From the IMG/VR virus record IMGVR_UViG_3300028800_000086, positions 5,873-69,872 of that record: 64,000 nt of DNA. One strand, 5' to 3'. The stretch comes from a virus. The notes under the pieces are model-generated. The model did no database searches and had not been told where the DNA came from. It saw nothing but the letters and a program-made list of their open reading frames with translations. A program made the position numbers and the translations under genes. Below are positions 8,846 to 18,745 of the stretch, in pieces (the first letter of the stretch is position 1; every line of letters starts with the position of its first letter).

Positions 8846-10489
8846 TTACACGAAGTCGGTTGCGTTGATGTTGACGATAATGCTTTCGAACCCGCGCAGC
8901 GGCGGATAGGAAATCGCGAAGCCGGCGTATCGCCCGATCTTGTAGTCGCCGGGATTTGCCGCGGTATAGGTCGTGAACGGGATAGCGTTGATCACGACGT
9001 TTCCGAGATATAGCCCCGCGTTGAAGTTGTTGATGAACGTCTGGCTATCGAGCGATGTGAGGACGACCGATCCCAACGCCAACCCGAAGGTGATCGCGCT
9101 CTGCGCCGTCGCCTGAAGGTTCTGTTGGAGACGATCGATGCCCTGCTGGTTGTAGTAAAGCGGGTTGATTGGATCGTTCGAACCGTTGATGACGGCGTTC
9201 GCCAAGTTCTCCGCGGCGTTGATCTGTATCCAGTCGACCGAGTACCAGTAGTTGAACGGTCGCCCGTCCATCACGTGGCCCCAATAGAGAAGGTTCTGCT
9301 GGATGCCGCCTTCGTTTCCGACGCCGACATAGTTGACGTCGGCCGCCTTTAGCGTTGAAAGCAGAGCGCCGTTGCCGCGCGTCGGAAACGCCGTTACGCC
9401 GAACAGGAATGAGAAGCCGAGTTGGGGCACCTTATTCGTGTTGCTGGGAGCGTAGTTCAACGTCACGAAGAAATCCGACGCGTTGGTGAATTCCGCGGCA
9501 GGAATTCCCGCCGAAGAATATAGGCTAGCGACAAGCGACGCGCCGCTAACGTACGATCCCGGATCGCTGGCGACGTTATAGATCAGCGTCGATCCCGTCG
9601 TTCCCGGTTGCGCTAGGAACGTTCCGTTGTATCCGGACGGCGTTCCTCCGCTGACCTTGAAGAACTGACCGGGCTTAACGGTGTGAGCATTTGTCGTCGT
9701 CGCGGTGACGACGCCGCCTGACCAGGTCGCGGCAGAGATCGTATCCGCCGGCCAAGCTCCATAGCGCGGCGCTTCGATCAAGGCGAGCACGCACTTCATT
9801 CCGCCATACAACGTATAGTTCGGAAGCGTTGTGGTGACGAAGAAGTATGTTTTCGCCGTCGTGCTTTCGAAGCCGGCGAGGAAGGTAAGGAACGACGGAA
9901 CGCCGTCCCAATCGCGCGGCGTGAGATAGCTATAGAACAGGCCCGGGTTGGCCGTGATGAACGTGCCGAGCGCGGAAACGCCGGCCGCCGCTTCGCCCGC
10001 GCCGAGCTCAAGCGCGTAGACCGCTTGCTGCGCGCCTTGGGCGAAGAAGGTCGTGACCATCGATTGAAGTTCGGCAACGCCGCGAGCGGTGTACGTTCCC
10101 GCAACGGTCGCGGGCGACGTGCCCGGGTTCGTCGGGAGATAGTACGTGAACGCGGTACTGCTGGACGCCGTCGCGATGACGGTGCCGTTGTATCCTGCGG
10201 GCGTCGCGCCTTCGATATCCGTGGTGAACTGTTCACCCACGGTGACGCCGTGCGCGGCTGACGCCGTTGCGGTCGCCAGGCCGCCGTAGGTGCTCGCCCA
10301 AGTAATCGACGTGAGCGCGAGCGGCGCGGGAAGAAGCGCCGTCAGGTCCGCGGGCTGCGTTAGCAACCCGTAATTGTAGGCACCGAGATTGGTGCCGCCT
10401 TGCGAGATCAACGCACCCATCTTCTGCAGCGCGTTCGGCGTCGGCGCTACAGACTGGGTGACGTTGACTGTGACGATCGGGTTGGTCAT
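8846..10489 (-). CDS. Tail sheath protein with two inserted beta modules
   Basis: NPIVTVNVTQ N-terminus; FNYWYSVDWIQ...LYYNQQGIDRL C-terminal sheath motifs. Confidence 0.85.
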   Translation of the reverse strand: MTNPIVTVNVTQSVAPTPNALQKMGALISQGGTNLGAYNYGLLTQPADLTALLPAPLALTSITWASTYGGLATATASAAHGVTVGEQFTTDIEGATPAGYNGTVIATASSSTAFTYYLPTNPGTSPATVAGTYTARGVAELQSMVTTFFAQGAQQAVYALELGAGEAAAGVSALGTFITANPGLFYSYLTPRDWDGVPSFLTFLAGFESTTAKTYFFVTTTLPNYTLYGGMKCVLALIEAPRYGAWPADTISAATWSGGVVTATTTNAHTVKPGQFFKVSGGTPSGYNGTFLAQPGTTGSTLIYNVASDPGSYVSGASLVASLYSSAGIPAAEFTNASDFFVTLNYAPSNTNKVPQLGFSFLFGVTAFPTRGNGALLSTLKAADVNYVGVGNEGGIQQNLLYWGHVMDGRPFNYWYSVDWIQINAAENLANAVINGSNDPINPLYYNQQGIDRLQQNLQATAQSAITFGLALGSVVLTSLDSQTFINNFNAGLYLGNVVINAIPFTTYTAANPGDYKIGRYAGFAISYPPLRGFESIIVNINATDFV

Positions 10490-10517
10490 GCGTGGCTCTC
10501 CTTATCGCTAGGCGTTT

Positions 10518-11486
10518 TTAGGAAGCGAGCACGCCAATGCTGGAGGTTCCGGCAGTCGGCACCGCGCCGTTGACATAGACCGGACCAGCCGCGGAAATCT
10601 TGCCCGCGCCGACGCTCATGCCGCCGTTGACCATTACGTCGCCGCCGGCTGACGCATGGACCGAGAAGTCGGCCGTTAGAGATGTTCCGCCGCCGCCCGT
10701 GAAGTTGTGGAAGGTGCAGTTGTCCATATTGAGGACGCGATCGATGCCGCCCGAACCGATCAGAACGTGCACATCCGCCGCGTCGCTGCACCAGGAACGG
10801 AACTTGGTGTTGGAGAAGGAATTGCGCGGCGATCCGCCCGCGATTTCGAGCGAAGCGTTGTTCCCGGTCGCACGAAGGACCGTATCCAGGCCGATGACGC
10901 AGTTGTTGAACTCGTTTTCGCCCGTGCTCCCGGAGAGGAGAAGCGACCGCATGCCGGCGTGCGCAGCTGCTGTCGCGTTACCGCCGCCAAAGAACTGGAC
11001 GCCTTCATAACCGTTTCGGCCGCCTTCGTCCTTCCAGCAGATTTGTGCCGACGCGTCCGCGAAGCCGTGGAACGTCGCGAAGTTCTCGAACCGATTTCCC
11101 TGGCCCGTAACGTCGACCAGCGGGCTGAAGACGGTCGACCCGGTCTGGCTGATACGCGCTCGGTTGTTGTTCGACGGCGAATTCAGACCGATGATGCGGC
11201 AGTTGTTCTTGGAAAAGGTGAGCGTCGCGGAGACGTGAGCGGTGCCGGTGATGAAGAGCAGATCACCGTCGACCATCAGTGCAACCGCCGTGGCCAGCGT
11301 CTTATAGGGCGTGTACGGTCCGCCCACACCGGCTTGCGTGTCGTTGCCGTTCGTCTCGTCGACGAAGTACGTGTTGCCGGGCTTTCCGACCGACATCGGC
11401 AAACCTTGCGGGCTGGCCCATAGCGCGACGGGATAGCCCTTGGCGGAAGTGCGGGCGTTCGGGAACAGAATTGCAGTCTGCGGCAT
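10518..11486 (-). CDS. Right-handed beta-helix (pectin lyase-like) virion protein
   Basis: YFVDETNGND...PYKTLATAV motif followed by Asn/Gly-rich beta-helix repeats. Confidence 0.6.
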   Translation of the reverse strand: MPQTAILFPNARTSAKGYPVALWASPQGLPMSVGKPGNTYFVDETNGNDTQAGVGGPYTPYKTLATAVALMVDGDLLFITGTAHVSATLTFSKNNCRIIGLNSPSNNNRARISQTGSTVFSPLVDVTGQGNRFENFATFHGFADASAQICWKDEGGRNGYEGVQFFGGGNATAAAHAGMRSLLLSGSTGENEFNNCVIGLDTVLRATGNNASLEIAGGSPRNSFSNTKFRSWCSDAADVHVLIGSGGIDRVLNMDNCTFHNFTGGGGTSLTADFSVHASAGGDVMVNGGMSVGAGKISAAGPVYVNGAVPTAGTSSIGVLAS

Positions 11487-11533
11487 TGTGCGTATCCTTC
11501 TTCGTGGACAGGACTTATTTAGCGATGCGCCCG

Positions 11534-12598
11534 CTATAACATCGGTGGAGGTAGTGGAGCGTCGGAAATCAGGATGCCGTTGACCGGATCGAGCAAGGCA
11601 CTGACGATAAGCTGTCGCGCAATATTGCGCATCGAAGATTGATAGTAGTTCACATCAAACCTAATCCGCTTCTTCATCGCGATAACGGACAGTTCGCTTT
11701 GCGTCCTCTTATCGTCCAGGACGATCGGAATATTGCTGATGCCGAAGCGCGCCGTGTCCAACGTATATTGCGAGATGTTATCGAGAAGCGTCAGCGCAAC
11801 GTCGTTATTCACGCCGTAAAGCGTAAGCGTGACGCGCTCCCTCGTGAACTGATCGTGCGTCATCGTCGGGCCAAGCGTCGGAGCCGCGGCAATCCCTTCG
11901 GTCGTCTCCGGATCAATATGAACCGTTCCATAAGGAGGCGGCAGGTTCGACGGCGACAAGTACGACGAAAACAACGGGATGCGGACCCGCGGCAGGAAAG
12001 TCGGATAGGGCGGATTGTAGTTGTTGAGCGCGAGCCAGGCCGGAAGGCTATTCGAGACGATAAGCTGATTGACGTTGAGCAACGCGGGGTTGTCGATGAC
12101 CTGCGTATCCATCACCGAATAGATCGCGTTGCCGACGTAGTGGTGAAGGTTCGATTGCTTGTAGTAGGAACCGCGAGCCGAGAAGGCGAACCGGATGCCG
12201 TCGAACGACGCTATGTACAATTCGTCTGGAGCGATCTGGTTGAAGTCTGTGACCGGATTTTCCGCCGTAAACACCACGCGGTTGATCGCATAGGTCGCGT
12301 CTTCTTCCTGCGCCTGGTTCGTCGCGTAATGCAACGACCCCATCACGGTCAACGTCGTCGTCGCTGTAGCTTCCTCCGATTGATTGTAAGTCGCCGTATT
12401 GAACACCATCGCGTTGTAGACGGCGGATGATGCCGGCGCTCCGCTCCTTACCCAGAACACGAAACCGTCGAGCGGCAGGGCGACGCGGCGGTAAAGCTCA
12501 AACGTGATCTTTTGATTCAGTGATAACGTATCGACGCCGGCCTTGAGCGTCGATCCCAGCGGCGTGCGGCCGGCTACAGCATCGTCTACCGTCGACAT
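11534..12598 (-). CDS. Neck/head-tail connector protein (possibly closure plus terminator fusion)
   Basis: Synteny between head completion genes and sheath; YRRVALPLDGFVFW motif. Confidence 0.55.
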   Translation of the reverse strand: MSTVDDAVAGRTPLGSTLKAGVDTLSLNQKITFELYRRVALPLDGFVFWVRSGAPASSAVYNAMVFNTATYNQSEEATATTTLTVMGSLHYATNQAQEEDATYAINRVVFTAENPVTDFNQIAPDELYIASFDGIRFAFSARGSYYKQSNLHHYVGNAIYSVMDTQVIDNPALLNVNQLIVSNSLPAWLALNNYNPPYPTFLPRVRIPLFSSYLSPSNLPPPYGTVHIDPETTEGIAAAPTLGPTMTHDQFTRERVTLTLYGVNNDVALTLLDNISQYTLDTARFGISNIPIVLDDKRTQSELSVIAMKKRIRFDVNYYQSSMRNIARQLIVSALLDPVNGILISDAPLPPPML

Positions 12599-13072
12599 TT
12601 AATCCTCGACCCACGCGATGAAAGACGCGTCGTAAAGTCCTGTGTCGACAAACGAAGGCCGATCCTTGCGACGCTTCGACGCGCGCTTGAACCGTTTCGA
12701 GCGGCCCGACTTAGCGGCTTCCGTCGGCACGCCGGCGACCCGCCCATCCATCTCGCGGTTCTGAAGAAATTCGTGGAAGCGATGCTGGATCGTGCTTATC
12801 GCGGCACCGGCCGGATCGAACGTCGGCGGCGCTCCATCGAGGATCGCGTTCAGCGCCTTAGCGAAGCTGTCCTGAAGATCGCCGCTAATCTGGTCGGCGT
12901 GAAGCTCGACAAAGTTCCCCATCACGTGGTAATGTTCTTCGAGGATTTCCGCAACGTCTCCCGTCGTGACGGAACTGTTGCGGACTTCCTTCGGCTTCCG
13001 CGCGCGGACTTCCTTGTAGCTCGCCGCGTCGGCATAGGGCAGGTCGATGACGCCGAAGACGATCGTGGTCAT
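12599..13072 (-). CDS. Neck/tail completion protein
   Basis: C-terminal RPSFVDTGLY motif; ATGA overlap with upstream stop. Confidence 0.6.
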   Translation of the reverse strand: MTTIVFGVIDLPYADAASYKEVRARKPKEVRNSSVTTGDVAEILEEHYHVMGNFVELHADQISGDLQDSFAKALNAILDGAPPTFDPAGAAISTIQHRFHEFLQNREMDGRVAGVPTEAAKSGRSKRFKRASKRRKDRPSFVDTGLYDASFIAWVED

Positions 13073-13458
13073 TTGACGCCATCCACGAGTGTACTTCCTA
13101 GCCACGTATATGCACCGTCTTTACGAAACGGCAGGTCGGGCAAGTCGACGGTCTGTCCTTTCATATCGTGCGTGCAATCACCGAGAAACTGAATGCGACC
13201 TTCTTTCAGAAAATAATGACAGACGTCCAAGTGACCATCAGGCATCGGTCCGGTTCGCACGTTCATGCTCGGAGAAAACGTCGGTCGATCAACGTCGCCA
13301 TCAAACGACCACTTAGCTCCATTATTGAAGGGTTGATCGACCGCGAAGTCGTGTGGTTCCTTGCACGCCGGACACCAGTGTGTGATCGTGGGAACGACGC
13401 GCCAACCGACGCGGCGAATTAACTTGTTGCTCATCCACGTCTGTGCAAATTCGCTCAC
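13069..13458 (-). CDS. DUF6527-like Cys/His metal-binding protein
   Basis: CPAC..H, W.FDGD..RPTFSPS, CH.F...G.IQFLGDCTH motifs. Confidence 0.65.
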   Translation of the reverse strand: MSEFAQTWMSNKLIRRVGWRVVPTITHWCPACKEPHDFAVDQPFNNGAKWSFDGDVDRPTFSPSMNVRTGPMPDGHLDVCHYFLKEGRIQFLGDCTHDMKGQTVDLPDLPFRKDGAYTWLGSTLVDGVK

Positions 13459-13916
13459 GAGAACCCCCAAATGCTTGGGCCATAGTCCTGGATAAACTCC
13501 AGGTATTGGCGACCCCAGGGCGTCTTGAGCCGCTGCAGATCGCTCATCGTCAAGTTCTCCGCGAACTTCGGAACCACGAGGCTTTCGCCAGTGCTTTCGT
13601 CGTTCGACGAAGTGATGATGCCGCCGACGAAGCCTGTAAGGTTAAGTTCCTTGCGAAGGTCCTGGAAGTAAGTCAACGGTGGAATGTCTTGTGCATAGTT
13701 CACGAGACGATCGCCCGCCAGGTTATAGACGGCCAGCGCATAGATGCTAGGTTGCGCCGGGTCGGGATTGCGAACACGGCAGAGCGCCCGGTTAACCAGA
13801 GCCAAAGACGTGTTGTATGAGGTAGCGATCACCGCCGAGTTATCCGGCAACGCGCCGGTCGGAACGGCCATAACGTTTCGGATGAAGCTAAGATATCCGG
13901 CGAGCGTCGGTCCCAT
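13455..13916 (-). CDS. Head-tail adaptor (DUF4054-like)
   Basis: YALAVYNLAG and LKTPWGRQYL motifs. Confidence 0.7.
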   Translation of the reverse strand: MGPTLAGYLSFIRNVMAVPTGALPDNSAVIATSYNTSLALVNRALCRVRNPDPAQPSIYALAVYNLAGDRLVNYAQDIPPLTYFQDLRKELNLTGFVGGIITSSNDESTGESLVVPKFAENLTMSDLQRLKTPWGRQYLEFIQDYGPSIWGFS

Positions 13917-14152
13917 TAGGCGTGCCCGTTCTTTAGCGGTCGAATGACTTGCGTCGTTGCGCCCGCGGAATTCTCGATGTAAGCGACGTCAAACGGCGCA
14001 GTCGCAAGGCTGCTCACCGAGAACCGATCTGATTTGTCATCCTTGTGTGCGACAATATCGAAGTCGCCGCCGTTCGGAATGACGTCAATCAAGCCGCACT
14101 CGATAATCTTGAGGCGGCTTGATTTGGTGTTCTTGAGTTTGAGCGTGAGCAC
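13916..14152 (-). CDS. Hypothetical protein
   Basis: 78 aa ORF fills the gap, coupled to both neighbours. Confidence 0.55.
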   Translation of the reverse strand: MLTLKLKNTKSSRLKIIECGLIDVIPNGGDFDIVAHKDDKSDRFSVSSLATAPFDVAYIENSAGATTQVIRPLKNGHA

Positions 14153-14153
14153 G

Positions 14154-14720
14154 CTACGCCGCCGGCTGGTCCGAAGTCTTTTTGCCCTTTTTCCCGCCCG
14201 TCGCTTTCTTATCGACGCGCAGTCCTTCAGTCAGTCGGTTGCCGACCGGATCGGGTTCGCCCGGCTCCGGGTCCTGCTGCTCGATCTCGACTTCAAACGT
14301 TTGAAGCTTCGCCTGCGCTTGGACGGCGTTCTCAACGGCTTCATTGGCGACGACCGCCGCCGTCTCGCGACGCTTGCGGCCTTCCGAGGAGAGAACGCCC
14401 TTGTTGTGCTTGAACACGTCGGCAATAAGCTTCGCCGGCACGTCCTTGTCGATCGACACCAGATAGGGAACGACTGCGCGCGGCAGCCGCCCCATCTGTG
14501 AAATGTCGATCGCGCCGTAGACTTCCAGCTGCTTGATGATAGACTTCACCTGCTGCTCGTGCAGATCGCCGCCGACCACCACTTGCCTTCCCGCTAGGAC
14601 GTTGATGCTCTTGGCGGTCCGGAAACGGTCGCCCGCATCCGGCTCGCCAAAAAAGTTATAGTCCAAGCGATAGAAAACCTGCTGCTGCTGCGGCAGGCAG
14701 TTCGCGACCTTGAGCCTCAT
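14154..14720 (-). CDS. Head-associated hypothetical protein
   Basis: AAGGAG RBS; directly follows major capsid gene. Confidence 0.6.
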   Translation of the reverse strand: MRLKVANCLPQQQQVFYRLDYNFFGEPDAGDRFRTAKSINVLAGRQVVVGGDLHEQQVKSIIKQLEVYGAIDISQMGRLPRAVVPYLVSIDKDVPAKLIADVFKHNKGVLSSEGRKRRETAAVVANEAVENAVQAQAKLQTFEVEIEQQDPEPGEPDPVGNRLTEGLRVDKKATGGKKGKKTSDQPAA

Positions 14721-14756
14721 TTCGTTTCTCCTTCGGGCTGTATGAGGTTTGTTGGC

Positions 14757-15773
14757 TTACTGGAACGCCATCGAGACGACGGTGACGGCCTGACCGCGCG
14801 GGCACCAGCCGGGGCTGAGACGCCATTCGCTCATCGAGTCAGTAGCGCCGCCCGGGAGCGGCGAAATGATTTCGACGGGCGCTGCGGTCGAGCAGTACGC
14901 AGTGACGCAAACGTCGCTGCCGGGCGTGACCGTAGCGAAGATGTTGGTGTCGATGCGATCGCCCTTCGGCTTGCTGACCTGGGGCATATCGATGATGACC
15001 GCGTCGGTTCCGTTGGCTCCAGCGCCAATCAGAGTGTCGTCATAGCACCAGTTGATCTTGTCGCCGTTCTCCTGCACGATGCTCTTCAGAGTTTCGGCGG
15101 TCGACGCGGTGCCTGCGCCTTCGCGCTGGAACTGCACCAACTGGACCACGTTGTACTCGAACATGCCGAGAATACGCTGCGGACCGAGAATGGTGAATTC
15201 CTTGCCGATGCCCAGTTGCAGCGTCCGGGTCTTAATGCCCAGGATGATCTGCGCGAGGTAGAACGCCATCTGACCGTTGTCGTAGGTGCTGGCCGTTGTG
15301 GCGCCGTTGCTATCGGGCGGAAGGTTCGTTTTCAGGATGTTCGGAGAATTCAGAATGCCTTCGCCGTTCTGCGGCTGCATTCCGAACAGGGTTGCGTCAC
15401 GCGCGAGTTGGAAGTTGGCCTGGCGCATTCCGAGCCGGTAGACTTCCGGCACCGAGAAGCCCCAACGGCCACCGGCCGCCACGTCGTGATGATCGTACTG
15501 CGAACGCGTCTTGAACAGATACGTCGGCGTGCTGATCATCGACGCCGCGATATCGACGCCGGGCAGTTCGTTCATCGAAGACTGGCCCGCGGCCATCTTG
15601 GTCCGCAGGTTCAGTTGCTTCATATAGACCAGCAGATCATCTTCCGCCAGCCGAATACGAAGCTCGCCACCGGCAAGCGTGTCCATGAAGCCGGACGCCT
15701 GCGAGTACTGCAGCAGGATTTCCGGCTCGATGAACGACGGGTTGAGTGTGACGAATGCATTAGCCTGGATCAT
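14757..15773 (-). CDS. Major capsid protein
   Basis: 338 aa, strongly biased codons, follows protease and decoration genes; LFG...GEGILN motif. Confidence 0.8.
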   Translation of the reverse strand: MIQANAFVTLNPSFIEPEILLQYSQASGFMDTLAGGELRIRLAEDDLLVYMKQLNLRTKMAAGQSSMNELPGVDIAASMISTPTYLFKTRSQYDHHDVAAGGRWGFSVPEVYRLGMRQANFQLARDATLFGMQPQNGEGILNSPNILKTNLPPDSNGATTASTYDNGQMAFYLAQIILGIKTRTLQLGIGKEFTILGPQRILGMFEYNVVQLVQFQREGAGTASTAETLKSIVQENGDKINWCYDDTLIGAGANGTDAVIIDMPQVSKPKGDRIDTNIFATVTPGSDVCVTAYCSTAAPVEIISPLPGGATDSMSEWRLSPGWCPRGQAVTVVSMAFQ

Positions 15774-15791
15774 TGTCCTATGTCCCCTTGC

Positions 15792-16691
15792 TCAGATTTG
15801 TATGACGGCGCAGCAGCCGTCGAAGTTGTAGGTGGCGAATCCGGTATCGACATCGTAGTCGACGGTCATGCAGTTGGTTTCCTGAATGTCCAGGACCTTG
15901 ACCGGCAGGATCGTCGTCGAGCCGGTTCCGGAACCGGGAGTGACCGTGCCGCCCGTGATCGAGGAGATCGTCAGGCCGGTGGCGATCGCGTAAGTGATCG
16001 TATCGGCGGCCGGCTTGGTGAGAACGGTATAGGTGCCGTTCGCCGTGGCCAGATCGCCGCCCGTTCCGGTCAGCGCCGAAACGACGATCGCGTCGCCCGG
16101 ATCGACCGTGGTCAGCGCCGCCGTCGCCTTGAGCGTAACGATGCCTGTGCCGCTGTCGTACGACGACCCAGTCGCGTTGACCGTGTAAGCCGCCGCCGAG
16201 TAGGGCACCAGCAGCTGGTTGACGTAGTCCCAGCTGACGCTCGAACCGATCGGATCACCGATCAGATCAATCAACGCCGGATCGCACTTGACCGCGATGC
16301 GAGCGCGCGAGCCAAGCGCGTAACTCATCACGGTGTTTCCGGAACCGGCGAGCGGCACCGGCGATTGCGGCGACGTGACCATGTTGTAGGCCTGGTCGAA
16401 CACCGAGAAGCCGGCGAGCGCCTTCGACCCGGTGGGTCCTGTGGCGCGGCCGACGATCACGCCGAGCGTCGGGTTGGGACCGCCCGAAGCGCCAGGAATG
16501 TTCTCATAGATGCCGACACCGCCCCACATCGGAAGCGTTTCGGTATCGTCGAGCAGTCCCTGGCGCAGAGCGTAGCGCGTCGCCGGGTCGGGATAGGCAG
16601 TGCCCTGCCGAAGGCCGCGCGACTGCGTGTTGAAAAGTCCGTCGTTGCCAACGGTGACGACGAACGGATTGAAAGCGATTGACGCGGTCAT
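15792..16691 (-). CDS. Capsid decoration/cement protein with inserted beta module
   Basis: Between protease/scaffold and capsid; PMWGGVGI motif; insert duplicated in tail fibre. Confidence 0.7.
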   Translation of the reverse strand: MTASIAFNPFVVTVGNDGLFNTQSRGLRQGTAYPDPATRYALRQGLLDDTETLPMWGGVGIYENIPGASGGPNPTLGVIVGRATGPTGSKALAGFSVFDQAYNMVTSPQSPVPLAGSGNTVMSYALGSRARIAVKCDPALIDLIGDPIGSSVSWDYVNQLLVPYSAAAYTVNATGSSYDSGTGIVTLKATAALTTVDPGDAIVVSALTGTGGDLATANGTYTVLTKPAADTITYAIATGLTISSITGGTVTPGSGTGSTTILPVKVLDIQETNCMTVDYDVDTGFATYNFDGCCAVIQI

Positions 16692-18745
16692 TAGCGGTCA
16701 CCCCTGTTGCTGCGGTTGTCGGTCAGGAACTTCGTCGCCGCCTGCTTGACGGGACCGGCGAAGCTGTCCATCCAGGCCGAAGGCCGGCCGATGAACTCGT
16801 TGCGGATATGACCTGAGTCCATCCGGATCGTGCGCATGCGAAGTTCGCCCGGCTTGGTCGTGGCCGGGGAACGCGCCGTTGCTTCGGCTTCGTTCATGAT
16901 CTGCTCCTCCACGGTCGCGAAGACCGCGTCGTTGGCGGCGACCACGGACAGGTCCTTGTCCTTCCAGGTCGTGCTGTATTGCTTCAGGTCGTTGATGAAG
17001 TGCCGGCGATAAGCCAGCAGGCTTTCGCCCTGGAGCGGAGCGCGAGCGCGCGAGCCGAGCGCCGAATAGACCGAGTCAGCGCGCGACTGAACCTTGCCGA
17101 ACGCGTTGATGTCGGCGTCGGTCAGCGGGCGCGAAGCGGTTTCGAAGGCTTCGAGCTTCGCCTTCAACGCATTGAAGGCGTCGATCGACACACTGTCGGC
17201 CCGGCTATCAGCCTTCTTGTCCTTCTCGTCTTTGTCGGCATCCTTCTTCGCGTCGCTACCGGGCTGCGAACTGGTGGTGACGTTTCCGTCCTTTTTCGCG
17301 TCCTTCTTCTTCATGAAGTCGGGCATCTCGCCGTCCGCCTTCTTGTCCTTGTCCGGATCGTCGGCGTCCTTCTTGCCCTTGTCGGCCGCGGCCTTCATCT
17401 CCGCTTCCTCCTCGGCTTCGGCGTCCTTGCGCTTGTCCTTGGCGGATTTCTCGGCTTCCGACTTCTCTTTGCCGGCTTCCTCCTCATCCTTCGCCAGTTC
17501 CTTCTCCTCGGCATCGTGCCGGGAAATGTAAGTGGCCATCGCCTCGCCGTCCGCGCGACGCGAGAAAGCGAACGACGCGACGCGAGCGCTTGCGTCGGAT
17601 CGCGTATTGCGCCGCTCGATGCTGTCCTGTCGAGCGGAAATGCTCTTCAGTTCCAGACCGAGCGCCTGGATGCCGGCCAGGATGGCCGACGTGTCCAGAA
17701 GCTCATTCTTGTTTTCGACCTTGTCGGCCATAGCTTCGTCTCCTCTGACTGTTGATACACCGATCGGTTCGCCGTCTTTGTCCCAAACGCCTTGCCAGCA
17801 GACGGCGAGATGGTCTAGCAGGCTAGGCTTACCCTCAATGAAGAAACGCTTTCCGTCCTTGAGCGTGCCCGAAGCGTTCACTTCAGGATCGTTCCAGACT
17901 ACCGATGGACTTGTCGATAACTGGTTTTCCGTCATCATCTGCGCGGCCGGCTTATCGAGGATGCGGGCGATCGCCCACACATCGCCTTCCGTCTCGCTGG
18001 TCATCTCGACCCACGCGAACATTAACGCGCCAATGACTCGTTTCTTGAATTCGGTCGTCGTCAGCATCTCGCCTTTAGGATGATCTAGGATCACCGGAAC
18101 GCCCGCGCACCGTTGGCAGAATTCGTCGTTCAGATAGATAGACGGATCACGCCAAACGACTTCTTCCTCTTGGATGACCTTTCCGGCCGCGTCGATCTTC
18201 TCGCTGCGAACGGCGCGCCCGGTCCCGGTCACGCGCATCTTAAACAACGTCAAATTCTCGTACTGCTGGGGAGACACTAGCTCCCCTGCAGCTATGGCCT
18301 TAGCGATGCCTAATTCGTCCATCGATAGCCGCGCTAAGGCGACGGCGCAGCCCGGGTGCAACGGTTGCGGCGGATCGGTAGGAGGAGCCCAAGCGAACGC
18401 CGTATGCTCCGGAGCGCCTTCCGGACCAAGCTCCGGCACAAATTCCTCCACGTCTCGAACGATGAACGTCGAGAAGTCAACGCCAGTTGGCGCCACGTCA
18501 CCCGGGGGAGATTGGGGCGTGGCGCCAACACGACGGGTCCAGGGTGTGAGTGAACCCGCCGCAAACTTCTTTCCGGCTTCTTCGACGGTTTCGCGGATAG
18601 CAGCATCCATGGCGCTTTCGTCGCCGTCGATCCTGCCGCCCGGAAAACACCAAGCTCCAGGCGCGTCGCCGCCCGGGCCGCGTTTCAAAAAAAGAACATT
18701 GTTCTTTTTTGAAATGGCGAGGATGCCTGCGGCGCGAATAATCAT
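16691..18745 (-). CDS. Nudix hydrolase - DUF2213 prohead protease - scaffold fusion
   Basis: Nudix box GRIDGDESAMDAAIRETVEEAG; PVILDHP, LSTSPSV, LDHLAVC..GVWD protease motifs; K/D/E-rich scaffold region. Confidence 0.8.
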   Translation of the reverse strand: MIIRAAGILAISKKNNVLFLKRGPGGDAPGAWCFPGGRIDGDESAMDAAIRETVEEAGKKFAAGSLTPWTRRVGATPQSPPGDVAPTGVDFSTFIVRDVEEFVPELGPEGAPEHTAFAWAPPTDPPQPLHPGCAVALARLSMDELGIAKAIAAGELVSPQQYENLTLFKMRVTGTGRAVRSEKIDAAGKVIQEEEVVWRDPSIYLNDEFCQRCAGVPVILDHPKGEMLTTTEFKKRVIGALMFAWVEMTSETEGDVWAIARILDKPAAQMMTENQLSTSPSVVWNDPEVNASGTLKDGKRFFIEGKPSLLDHLAVCWQGVWDKDGEPIGVSTVRGDEAMADKVENKNELLDTSAILAGIQALGLELKSISARQDSIERRNTRSDASARVASFAFSRRADGEAMATYISRHDAEEKELAKDEEEAGKEKSEAEKSAKDKRKDAEAEEEAEMKAAADKGKKDADDPDKDKKADGEMPDFMKKKDAKKDGNVTTSSQPGSDAKKDADKDEKDKKADSRADSVSIDAFNALKAKLEAFETASRPLTDADINAFGKVQSRADSVYSALGSRARAPLQGESLLAYRRHFINDLKQYSTTWKDKDLSVVAANDAVFATVEEQIMNEAEATARSPATTKPGELRMRTIRMDSGHIRNEFIGRPSAWMDSFAGPVKQAATKFLTDNRSNRGDR

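Noticed and set aside
14742-16682. 646-aa plus-strand ORF and other long antisense ORFs (e.g. 811-1614, 45943-46992)
   Set aside because: Shadow frames opposite codon-biased real genes in GC-rich DNA; no RBS or recognisable motifs
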